From an uncultured Polycyclovorans sp. (GTDB lineage: Bacteria; Pseudomonadota; Gammaproteobacteria; Nevskiales; Nevskiaceae): a DNA stretch of 64,000 bases. The notes beneath the pieces are model-generated. The model did not search any database. It worked only from the letters and a program-made list of their open reading frames with translations, and was not told where the DNA came from. The stretch is taken from contig CAYROO010000010.1 of NCBI GenBank assembly GCA_964425915.1, positions 7,314 to 71,313 on the forward strand, given 5' to 3'. Position numbers and translations under genes: made by a program. How positions within the stretch are numbered: the first letter of the stretch is position 1; every line of letters starts with the position of its first letter. This document shows, piece after piece, positions 9,901-17,959 of this stretch.

Positions 9901-11783
9901 CCTCGGATCCGCGTCAGCTCGCCTTGCAGACCCATTTTGCGCTGATGCGCGATTTTCTCGATTCCCAGGCCCGGGTGATGGGGCTGGTGGCGGCGCCGGC
10001 CGGATCCGCCGTGACGGCTCCCGGACCCGCGGCGACTACGATGACGTCCCAAGGCGTGCGCTTCCCCCTGTTACACGGCGCCGAGAAAAAGGTCGACGGC
10101 ACGCGTGTGGTGTTCGAGAAGCGCCTCTGTCTGGAGCAGGACGCGTTCCTGCAGGATCACACCATCGGCGGCGCCCCCAGTGCCCACGACCCGACGCTGT
10201 TACCGATTCCGGTGGTGCCGTTCACCTTCAGCATGGAGCTGTTGGCGGAGGCTGCCCAATCCATGCTGGGGCGCAGTGACCTGCGCGTGGTGGGGCTCGA
10301 CCAGGTCCGCGGCAGCCGCTGGCTGTCCTTGGATCAGGGGGAATTGCGGCTGCGCGTGGTGATGGAACCGCGCCCCGGCAGCGATGACGCACCGCAGCTG
10401 TTCGGGCGGATCTTCGCGCTTGGCATCGGAGGCCCCCCGGGCGGCCTGGCGGTCTTCGAGGGCCTGGTACGCCTCGGCCGCGCCTATGCAACGCCGCCTG
10501 CAGCACGCCCGTGGAGTTCGCCCGATGAACACCCGCCGCGCAACAATCCGGATGGCGAGCTGTACGCCCACGGCATGTTCCATGGGCCGCGACTGCAGGG
10601 CGTCCGCCATATCCGCCGCTGGGGCGAAAACGCCATCGAGGCGGATCTGGAGGCGATCCCCACCCACGACTACTTCAGCCGCTTCAGCACCCCGTCGTTC
10701 GAGCTGGACGCGGCCATGCTCGATGCCGCCGGACAGCTTGCCGGTTACTGGCTCACCGAGAAACATACCTGGGGCTTCAACTGCTTCCCGTTCCGCCTGG
10801 CTCGCTTTGACCTTTTCGCACCGCCGCCGGCGCCGGGCACCCGGGTGCTGTGCCGGATGACGCTGCGCATGACTGGAGAGCAGTTGCTGGAAGCCTCGAT
10901 GGACATGATCGGACCGGACGGCACACTGGTCATGCGCGCCGATCATTGGGAGGACCGCAAGTTTTCGGTGCCGCAGCGGCTGTATGACTATCGTCTACAG
11001 CCACAGACCCGCACGATGTCCGAGCCCTGGCTGCGGTCGCAGACCGGCCAGGATCATCACTACGCCCGCCTGATGGAACCTTTTGCCGCCGATTTCCTGG
11101 ATGAGGGCGGCGGGATCTGGCGGCGCATGCTGGCCCACATGGTGCTGGGTCATCGCGAGCGAGCGGCCTTCTACAGCCTGCCCGCCAACAGTAGCCGGCG
11201 CGAAGAGTGGCTGATGGGCCGCATCGCCGCCAAGGAGGCACTGCGCGAGTGGATGAAGGCCACGCACGGCCATGAACTCGCCTCGGCCGACTTCGAGCTG
11301 ATCGCCGATGAGCGCGGTCAGCCCCGTGCCAGCTGCGCGCCGTTGCCCGAGCTGGCCATGCCAACCGTATCGATCAGCCACAGCCGTCGCTGGGCGGCGG
11401 CCAGCCTGTCGCCTCCTGGCGAACCCTGTGGACTCGACTATCAGCGGCTCGATCATGTCGACCCGGATCTGCTTGCAGCCGGCGCCCTCACCGACCTCGA
11501 GCGCGCACTGCTGCAACCCTGGCGCTCGCTGCCCAGCTATGCCCAGGTCACGGTGGCGCTGTGGGCCAGCAAGGAGGCCGCAGCCAAGTCGCATGGTGAG
11601 GGTCTGGGTGGCCGACCGGTGGACTGGCGCGTGGTGTCGCTATCGGGTGAGCCCTTGCCGGCCCACGCTGCGGTAGAGCACCGCGGGTGGCGCTATCTGA
11701 TCAGTCTTCTCTACCCCGGCCCCGGCGAGGTGGTCGCGTTCTGCTGCGAGCGCCACAACATCGCCCTGCCGCAGCCTGCCTGA
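6954..11783 (+). CDS. Type I PKS subunit KS-AT-DH fused to a C-terminal Sfp-type 4'-phosphopantetheinyl transferase domain
   Basis: KS motifs (IVDAACASS with Cys208, EAHATGIPLGD, KSQISHA); AT (FLFPGEGAQ, GHSTGE with Ser676); PKS-type DH (FLQDHTIGG...P). The C-terminal ~230 aa carry PPTase signatures (ISHSRRWAAA, GLDYQ, WASKEAAAK). The GTG start overlaps the upstream stop by 8 nt. Confidence 0.88.
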   Translation: MAEPLDIAIIGMSGVYAGSRDVPAYWQNILDRRYCVSEAPEAWSRGVLDRDGRAPNRVYTAQGGWLHDLAEFDPREFGVMPNTVDGREPDHFLALKQSRDALRDSGYLDKPFNHERAGVILGRGNNTNRGAANLIAHGNEIDQMVDLVAKVRPDLSETELDALREGLRAQLPPFNPEMLPGLIPNVTTGVIANRLDLMGPNCIVDAACASSLVALEQACRELQLGRCDLMLSGGVHAQTPPHSYMIFSQINALSRERIRPFDAAGTGTLLGEGCGVVVLKRLADAERDGDRIYAVIKGIGVASDGRAKGLFAPRSEGQVVAMRRAYEASGIDPATVSLIEAHATGIPLGDRTEIQSLKEIFGERQGALPHIALGSVKSQISHAIPASGAASLIKIALALQQKVLPPMLIDAPAPHLELEQTPFYLNSEARPWVHDPRQPRRAGANAFGFGGINAHVLLEEYRPGNRPVQVPVLHAPSDGELVMLAAADRTALLVRVAQLQHRLEQTPRPPLSSVAQHCANMAEGAHRLAIVASDIDDLQKKLGQAHDKLAKDDARPFKTRNGIHYGAGPAPGKLCFLFPGEGAQYPGMLRDLCVQFPAARAWFDFLEETVVPGERDSRAPIVFAPPTTLDASTRAALEQRLFDMDIASETVFAASMALFDVLTGLGLKADAMLGHSTGENTALTASRVRRFTDRREIADTVRDLNRIYRELDARGEIVEGSLLTIGALKPDRRQALLSQAGGDIVVAMDNCPNQLVIFGSREAVASVREREAAEGAICAELPFGRAYHTALFKPIADAYREYFAGIEFGEGIATLYSARSAAPFSHDAAGIRELVAQQWESRVRFTETIERLYQDGYRVFVEVGPSSNLTGFVSDILRSADDVVVVGTDSRRKAGLAALRSALAQIFAAGVNFPPAALFAHRDIPPMADSAPLKPMPRLNLMMPRLSWPESLPVPPLPMTPAAADGPLQAAPVAAPAASVASPSDPRQLALQTHFALMRDFLDSQARVMGLVAAPAGSAVTAPGPAATTMTSQGVRFPLLHGAEKKVDGTRVVFEKRLCLEQDAFLQDHTIGGAPSAHDPTLLPIPVVPFTFSMELLAEAAQSMLGRSDLRVVGLDQVRGSRWLSLDQGELRLRVVMEPRPGSDDAPQLFGRIFALGIGGPPGGLAVFEGLVRLGRAYATPPAARPWSSPDEHPPRNNPDGELYAHGMFHGPRLQGVRHIRRWGENAIEADLEAIPTHDYFSRFSTPSFELDAAMLDAAGQLAGYWLTEKHTWGFNCFPFRLARFDLFAPPPAPGTRVLCRMTLRMTGEQLLEASMDMIGPDGTLVMRADHWEDRKFSVPQRLYDYRLQPQTRTMSEPWLRSQTGQDHHYARLMEPFAADFLDEGGGIWRRMLAHMVLGHRERAAFYSLPANSSRREEWLMGRIAAKEALREWMKATHGHELASADFELIADERGQPRASCAPLPELAMPTVSISHSRRWAAASLSPPGEPCGLDYQRLDHVDPDLLAAGALTDLERALLQPWRSLPSYAQVTVALWASKEAAAKSHGEGLGGRPVDWRVVSLSGEPLPAHAAVEHRGWRYLISLLYPGPGEVVAFCCERHNIALPQPA

Positions 11784-11834
11784 ACCCCATCACACGCTTC
11801 TCAAATCCCATTACCAAGACGTCCGGATTTTCCC

Positions 11835-13433
11835 ATGACCTCCACGCTGTTCATCGGCCTCGACGGCTGCACGTTCACTGTTCTCAACGAGATGGTGAAG
11901 GACCTCCCCGGCGAAGGCATCACCATGCCGTTCATGAAGAAGGTGCTCGAAGGCGGCGTCCGCGCCCGTCTGCGCTCCACGCCCAACCCGCTGACTCCGC
12001 CCGCATGGTGTTCCATCATGACCGGCAAGAACCCCGGGGCTCACGGCGTGTTCGACTTCATCCGCGCCGAGGACAAGGGCGGTGAGGTGTTCTGGACGCT
12101 CTATGACGCCCGCGATGTCGACAGTGAGATGATCTGGTCGATTGCCAGCCGCAAGAAGAAGTCGGTGGCCGCGCTCAACTTCCCGCTCACCGCACCACCG
12201 CCCGAGGTCAACGGCTGCATCGTGCCCGGGTTCATCCCGGCCAAGCACCTGCGCCGCAATACCCACCCGCGGGAACTGTTCGAACGGTTGAAGCAGAACG
12301 TCCCCGACTTCAACCCCAAGGAACTGGCCTGGGATTTCGACAACGAAAAGCAGGCCCTGGAAGTGCTGTCGCCCGAGGACACCGAAAAGTGGGTGCGCTA
12401 CCACCTGCCGCGTGAGGAGCAGTGGTTCAAGGTGGCGGAGTACGTGCTGGAAAATGACAAGCCGGACCTGATGGCCGTGATGTTCGACGGCACCGACAAG
12501 ATCCAGCACCAGGCCTGGCCCTCACTGGATCCCGCGCTGGTGCCGAAGAATCCGCAGGGACACGACCTCGCCATGCGGCAGGTCTGCCTCGAGTACTTCC
12601 GCAACCTGGATCGCTATATCGAGCGCCTGGTCTCCCTGGCCGGCCCGGAGGCCCAGGTGTTCTTCGCCTCCGACCATGGCTTCACCGCCAGCACCGACGT
12701 CCTGCGTATCAACGCCTATCTGGCCGAGCTCGGCTACCTCACCTGGGCCGAGAACGATGGCTCTGAGCAGGCCCTGCGTCGCGAGGCCAGCGACTTCGCC
12801 AACCTCGACTGGTCGAAGACCACCGCCTATTGCCGCACACCGTCCTCCAACGGCATTCACATCCGCGTGGCGGAAAAGCCCGGCGATCCGGGCATCTCGC
12901 CAGACGACTACGAGCGCTTCCGCGACAAGCTGATTGCCGACCTCAAGGCGCTGCGTCACCCGATCACCGGCAAGGCCTTCGTGGCCGACGTGCTGAAGCG
13001 TGAGGAGTGGTTCCCGGGCGCGCACATGAAGGAGGCCTGCGACCTCACCCTGGTGCTGCACGACCACGGCTTCGTGTCGATCCGCAATCTCAGCCCCTCA
13101 GTGGTGCAGCGGCCGACGCCGGCAGGCACCCACCATCCGGACGGCATCTTCCTGGCCTACGGCAAGGGCATCGCGCCGCGCGGCGAGGTCGATCTCCAGC
13201 AAATCGTCGATGTCTGCCCGACCCTGCTGCACAGCATGGGACTGTCGGTCCCCTCAGACCTGGAAGGCCAGGTGGCGCTGAACTTCTTCGACGAGGGCTG
13301 GCTCCAGGAGCACCCGGTCAAGCAGGGCGCCAAGACACGCGCCGTCGCCTCGCGCGCGCCCAGCGAGGAAATGGATGCGCAGGAGCGTCAACAAATGATC
13401 GAGCAGCTGCAGATGCTCGGTTACATGGAGTGA
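11835..13433 (+). CDS. Alkaline-phosphatase superfamily protein (type I phosphodiesterase / nucleotide pyrophosphatase-like)
   Basis: The N-terminal LFIGLDGCTF and the STPNPLTPPAWCSIMTG region resemble the NPP/AP-family metal and nucleophile motifs. ASDHGF appears later in the protein. The gene lies 51 nt after the PKS gene on the same strand. Confidence 0.7.
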   Translation: MTSTLFIGLDGCTFTVLNEMVKDLPGEGITMPFMKKVLEGGVRARLRSTPNPLTPPAWCSIMTGKNPGAHGVFDFIRAEDKGGEVFWTLYDARDVDSEMIWSIASRKKKSVAALNFPLTAPPPEVNGCIVPGFIPAKHLRRNTHPRELFERLKQNVPDFNPKELAWDFDNEKQALEVLSPEDTEKWVRYHLPREEQWFKVAEYVLENDKPDLMAVMFDGTDKIQHQAWPSLDPALVPKNPQGHDLAMRQVCLEYFRNLDRYIERLVSLAGPEAQVFFASDHGFTASTDVLRINAYLAELGYLTWAENDGSEQALRREASDFANLDWSKTTAYCRTPSSNGIHIRVAEKPGDPGISPDDYERFRDKLIADLKALRHPITGKAFVADVLKREEWFPGAHMKEACDLTLVLHDHGFVSIRNLSPSVVQRPTPAGTHHPDGIFLAYGKGIAPRGEVDLQQIVDVCPTLLHSMGLSVPSDLEGQVALNFFDEGWLQEHPVKQGAKTRAVASRAPSEEMDAQERQQMIEQLQMLGYME

Positions 13434-13438
13434 GGCCG

Positions 13439-13723
13439 ATGGCACCCGACACCATCATCGCCAGGCTCATCGCCCTGCTTGAAGACTTCACCCAGGACTG
13501 GGACCAGGAGCCCGACGCCGGCATGTCGGCGGATACGCTGCTGCTGGCCGATCTCGGCTTCGAGTCGGTCGACATCATCCAGCTCACCGTCGCCATCGAA
13601 GAAGAGTTCAAACTGTTCCGCACGCCGTTCGACAAGCTGCTGATGAAGGACGGCCGCTACGTCGATGACCTCAGCATCGGCCAGATCGCGACCTTCCTGC
13701 AGCCCTACGTGCAGGCCGCCTGA
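13439..13723 (+). CDS. Discrete acyl carrier protein
   Basis: 94 aa starting at an internal ATG of ORF 13007..13723. It has an ACP-like helix II motif (LADLGFESVDIIQL), is acidic, and lies 5 nt after the preceding stop. Confidence 0.7.
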   Translation: MAPDTIIARLIALLEDFTQDWDQEPDAGMSADTLLLADLGFESVDIIQLTVAIEEEFKLFRTPFDKLLMKDGRYVDDLSIGQIATFLQPYVQAA

Positions 13724-13732
13724 GGCCGGCGC

Positions 13733-14593
13733 ATGGCTTTTGCCTCGGTCGACAATGCCCAGCTCGCCTGGCAGCAGCTGGGCGAAGGTCCCGACCTGGT
13801 GCTGGTTCACGGGCTGGCGACCAATCGTGCGTTCTGGTTTGGCCATGCCATGCGGCTGTCGCAGCGGTTCCGCGTCACCCTGTTCGATCTGCGGGGTCAT
13901 GGCTACAGCAGCACGCCAGAACACGGCTACGAGATTCGACGACTGGGCGCCGACATCCTTGGCCTGATGGATCAACTGTCGATCCCACAGGCGGCGCTGA
14001 TCGGCCATAGCTACGGCGGTGCGGCCGCCATTGAAGCGGCGGTGCAGGCACCGGAGCGGGTCACCGCAATGGCGGTGCTGGATGCCCGCAGCCTGCTTTT
14101 TCAGCCGCAGATGTGGCTGCATGAGGCGCCCGACCTCAGCCCCTTCGAGGCGGAGATCGCACAGGGCACGGAAGTCGACTGGCCGCGCGAGCCGCAGGTG
14201 GGACTGCGTTTCCTGGAGATTGCCGCGCGGCGCTGTCTGGCCGGGCAGGCGCCTGGCGCGCGCGATCCCGTCACCCCCTTTGGCGAAGGTCGCGGTGCCC
14301 GCAAGGCGGCGCGGCAGTGGCTGAACCTGATCGAGCAGACCACCGCCTGGGACGACTTTCATCGCCCGGGCGCCGACATCCCGGCGTTACGCTCGCTTTC
14401 GCAACCGACCCTGCTGATGTACGCCGATGGCAGCCGCTGCCTGAAATCGGGAGAGGGCCTGCGGAACCTGTGGCCGGCGGCGCGTTTCCAATTGCTGGAA
14501 GGCGCGGCGCACTTTTTCCCCCTGACCCACGCGGAACAAGTGGTTCACCAGCTGTTCGACTTTCTTGCCCCCCTGACCCTGACGGAGGCCTGA
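13733..14593 (+). CDS. Alpha/beta-fold hydrolase
   Basis: LVLVHGL oxyanion region and GHSYGG nucleophile elbow. Typical size of 286 aa. Confidence 0.8.
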   Translation: MAFASVDNAQLAWQQLGEGPDLVLVHGLATNRAFWFGHAMRLSQRFRVTLFDLRGHGYSSTPEHGYEIRRLGADILGLMDQLSIPQAALIGHSYGGAAAIEAAVQAPERVTAMAVLDARSLLFQPQMWLHEAPDLSPFEAEIAQGTEVDWPREPQVGLRFLEIAARRCLAGQAPGARDPVTPFGEGRGARKAARQWLNLIEQTTAWDDFHRPGADIPALRSLSQPTLLMYADGSRCLKSGEGLRNLWPAARFQLLEGAAHFFPLTHAEQVVHQLFDFLAPLTLTEA

Positions 14594-14596
14594 CCG

Positions 14597-15475
14597 ATGA
14601 AGTCCTTGATCCCCCTGTTGCTCACCCTGACGACCCTGGCCTGTCACGCCCCGACCAGCGTCCGTGCCGACGACGGCAGTACCCAGACCTATACGTTCAA
14701 GGCCGGCGGCCACGAGCGCAGCTACGAGGTCTATCGCCCCGCCAGCGCGAAGGGCAGCGACAAGCGTCCGCTGGTGGTGGCGCTGCACGGCGGCTTCGGC
14801 ACCGGCGAGATCATGGCGGAACAGAGCCGCTTCAACGCGGTCGCGGATCGCGCCGGCTTCATCGTGGCGTATCCGGACGGCATCGCCCGGGCCTGGAACG
14901 CCGGACGCTGCTGCGCCAAGCCGATGAAGGAGAAAGTCGACGACGTCGCCTTCATCAAGGCGGTGATCGACCGCATCGCAGCCGACTACCCGATTGATCG
15001 CAGCCGGGTGTTCGGCACCGGTTTCTCCAACGGGGCCATGATGGTGCACCGGATCGCCTGTGAGGCGCCGTCGGTGTTTGCCGCCATCGCGCCGGTGTCG
15101 GGTGGCGTCATGCTGGACCGTTGCGACAGCGGACGCGGCGTCCCCACCCTGATGATCCAGGGCAAGCTGGACAAGCGCATTCCCTGGGACGGCGGCACGG
15201 TGGAAGACAGCTACCGCCCTTCGATGGCGGCCTTGGTGGACATGCTCGGCAAGCGCAACGGCTGCGGGGCGCAAGCCAAGCAGCTGCAGAAGCGCGGCCA
15301 GCTCGCCTGCTACCGGCAGGAGGGCTGCAAAGCCGCCCTGGAATGGTGCGGGCTGGATGAAGTCGGGCATCAATGGCCCGGCGGCAAGACCTTGATGGCC
15401 CGCTTCCTGGGCCCCAATACCCAGGCCTTCGATGCCAGCCAGGGGATCTGGGCGTTCTTCGCCGCTCAGCGCTGA
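14597..15475 (+). CDS. Secreted PHB-depolymerase-family (LpqC-like) esterase
   Basis: Signal peptide (MKSLIPLLLTLTTLACHA). Also PLVVALHGG, DDVAFIKAVIDRI and GFSNGAMM (nucleophile elbow). Confidence 0.75.
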   Translation: MKSLIPLLLTLTTLACHAPTSVRADDGSTQTYTFKAGGHERSYEVYRPASAKGSDKRPLVVALHGGFGTGEIMAEQSRFNAVADRAGFIVAYPDGIARAWNAGRCCAKPMKEKVDDVAFIKAVIDRIAADYPIDRSRVFGTGFSNGAMMVHRIACEAPSVFAAIAPVSGGVMLDRCDSGRGVPTLMIQGKLDKRIPWDGGTVEDSYRPSMAALVDMLGKRNGCGAQAKQLQKRGQLACYRQEGCKAALEWCGLDEVGHQWPGGKTLMARFLGPNTQAFDASQGIWAFFAAQR

Positions 15476-15645
15476 ACATCGGGGTCAATTCTCCCGTTGA
15501 CCCTGCGGGGGCGGTCCGGTAGAACCGGCGCTTTACTGCGGCCTGCCGGCCGCGGAGGGCGGCCCGTCCGCCCCTGACATCAACAATCGGACCGACCGGG
15601 CCTGCCCACGCAGGCGCCTGCCGGCGTGGGGGAGCTTGACCGTAT

Positions 15646-16401
15646 ATGTCGCTAACGGCGTCTAGAGTGGCACTGATCACCGGTGCCGCCGGGGGTATCG
15701 GTCAGGTGACCGCCCAGCAGTTCGCGCAGGCGGGGTATCGTTTGGCCCTGCTCGACCAGCAGGCCGGTCCACTGGCGGTGACGGTGGACGGCCTGCGGGC
15801 CTCCGGCTTCGAGGTGCGCGGCTACGTCGCCGACCAACGTGATGCCGCGGGGCTGACGGCCGCCTTTTCGGCCATGCGGAACGACTTTGGCCGGCTCGAC
15901 GCCGCCTTCAACAATGCCGGCGTGCCATCCCGACACTTGCCCCTGCACGAGCTCACCGATGAGGAGTGGGGCAACTGTCTGGACGTCAATCTCAACGGCA
16001 CCTGGCGTTGCATGCGCGAGGAGATCCGCTGGATGCTCGACGTCGGTGGCGGCTGCATCGTCAATAATGCTTCAGTCTACGCACTCAATGGCGGTCCCAG
16101 TCCGGCCTACACCGCCAGCAAGCACGGCATTGCCGGCCTCACCAAGACAGCTGCATTGCAGTACGCCGCACGCAGTATTCGGGTCAATGCGGTGTGTCCG
16201 GCGTTGGTGACGGCTGGCATGGGCTTGAAGGCGATTCAGCATGCGGCGCTGAGCAAGACCGACCTGCTCGAAAAGCATCCCGCCGGTCGTGCTGCCAGTG
16301 CCGAGGAAGTGGCGCGCGCGGTACTCTGGCTATGCTCGCCCGACGCCGACTTCATCCACGGCCACATGCTGGCGCTGGACGGCGGTTACGGGGCTCGCTG
16401 A
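15646..16401 (+). CDS. Short-chain dehydrogenase/reductase (SDR)
   Basis: TGAAGGIG cofactor motif, NNAG, and YTASK catalytic motif (YxxxK). 251 aa. Confidence 0.88.
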   Translation: MSLTASRVALITGAAGGIGQVTAQQFAQAGYRLALLDQQAGPLAVTVDGLRASGFEVRGYVADQRDAAGLTAAFSAMRNDFGRLDAAFNNAGVPSRHLPLHELTDEEWGNCLDVNLNGTWRCMREEIRWMLDVGGGCIVNNASVYALNGGPSPAYTASKHGIAGLTKTAALQYAARSIRVNAVCPALVTAGMGLKAIQHAALSKTDLLEKHPAGRAASAEEVARAVLWLCSPDADFIHGHMLALDGGYGAR

Positions 16402-17897
16402 AGCCCCGGATCGAGACCGGAGATCGCGCCCGCGCAGGCATAGCCGCGATTGCGTTCGGGCGCCCCAGAGGTCCCGCCGTTCGCCGCCAGGAGCGTCTCG
16501 AACGGGGTCTCCAACAAGCTGTCCACCAGCTGCTGGTAGGCATCCCGCATGGCAGGCAGCGCCTCGAACAGCACCTGCTCGGTGCTGTCCTCGGCAGTGT
16601 GATGAAAGGGGTTGGCACCGGTCAGACTCATCATCGGGATGCCGAGGTTGTACGCCACCTCGGCCTCGCCCGGCGCCGCCTGCCCCGCAGCAAAGCGGAA
16701 GAACATCCCCAGGTCACCGACCCGGAAGGCATCATTAACGAGGGCTTCCAAGACTGGGTTTTCAGACACCACTAGGGCGCGGGTCTGGGTCGGCCCTGGC
16801 ATCGGCACGGCACCGCCCAGGGCCTCCAGATAGCCGCGGCTGACCAGACCGGCACCCAGGTGCACGTAGGCCATGACACCCTCTGGGCGCACACAGTTCA
16901 GCGCCCGCTCCAACCCATAGCCATAGACCTCATGACCGCCGGTGGCGAGAAACATGACGGTGTAGGGCAGCGGCCCCTCACGGCGCGACCGCGCGGCCAG
17001 ATGTCGGGCCAGGGCCACGGTCAGGGCCGCGCCCGGGGCCCGCTCACCCGTCCCGCTGAGCCAGGTGTTCATGGGTGTGCCGATGATGAGAAGGCGGGGA
17101 TCCCGGCCCGGCAGCAGGGCGATACTGTTGTCAACGGCGCCGCTGACGACATCGGCCGTCAAGGTCAGTGTCGCCGACTCACCGCGTCTGGCGGCGCTGG
17201 CCAGGCGGTTGAAGTCCTCGCGCCCGACGATCACTGTGGGTAGCTGCCCCAGTGGATACTGGATGTCGTAGTTGTGCGCCGCGATCAGATTATCTGGGGC
17301 ATCAAACGTGACCACGGCGCCGACCGCGCCGTCGGCCTCGGCGGCGCGCAAGGCTTGATGGGTATCGGCGGCATCTGCATTGAACTGGCGGGAGAACCGC
17401 AGCAGCGCGATGCGCCCCTCCAGCTCCGGGCGACCGATCAGCGGCAGACCGGGCGGCGCCAGTGGCGCGCGTAGGCCAGCAGCGGAGGTCACCCCCTGTC
17501 CGAACCATGGAAAAGCCGACACTGCCTCGGGCCCGTCTCCGAGATCCGCCTGCAATGACACCGCCCGCACACGGAAACGCGGAAAGGCGAAGCGCTGTCG
17601 CTGCACCTGTGTCAGCTCCGGAATCGCGGAGAACTCGGTGCGGATCCACTCATGCACCGCGTCGCCCAGGCCACTGCCACTGCGCGGGCCGCGCAGGCAG
17701 TGTCCCACCGCCGCCGGTGCGCCCTGCCAGCATTCGTCGAAGCGGGGATCCAAGGCCACCACATCCTGGTAGGCACGGACCAGGGCACCGACATCGGCAG
17801 CGGCGCTTGGCGGCCCCGCCGGCGCCTCAATTGCGCCGCCGCCGCCACAGGCCGCCAGCAGGCCCACCGCGAAAAGCGTGAGCAGACGCCCCCTCAT
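16386..17897 (-). CDS. Lipoprotein with PA-domain / M28-like peptidase features
   Basis: ATG 17897 is preceded by GGAGGGGG. Lipobox LLAAC-GGGG. The central segment resembles a protease-associated domain, and the C-terminal half resembles an M28-type fold (GGHEVYGYG). Function is uncertain. Confidence 0.5.
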   Translation of the reverse strand: MRGRLLTLFAVGLLAACGGGGAIEAPAGPPSAAADVGALVRAYQDVVALDPRFDECWQGAPAAVGHCLRGPRSGSGLGDAVHEWIRTEFSAIPELTQVQRQRFAFPRFRVRAVSLQADLGDGPEAVSAFPWFGQGVTSAAGLRAPLAPPGLPLIGRPELEGRIALLRFSRQFNADAADTHQALRAAEADGAVGAVVTFDAPDNLIAAHNYDIQYPLGQLPTVIVGREDFNRLASAARRGESATLTLTADVVSGAVDNSIALLPGRDPRLLIIGTPMNTWLSGTGERAPGAALTVALARHLAARSRREGPLPYTVMFLATGGHEVYGYGLERALNCVRPEGVMAYVHLGAGLVSRGYLEALGGAVPMPGPTQTRALVVSENPVLEALVNDAFRVGDLGMFFRFAAGQAAPGEAEVAYNLGIPMMSLTGANPFHHTAEDSTEQVLFEALPAMRDAYQQLVDSLLETPFETLLAANGGTSGAPERNRGYACAGAISGLDPGLQRAP

Positions 17898-17959
17898 GAT
17901 CCCCCTCCGGTGATGACGATATAGGTCCATCATCGCGTGTGTCTCCCGTGACATTCCGG

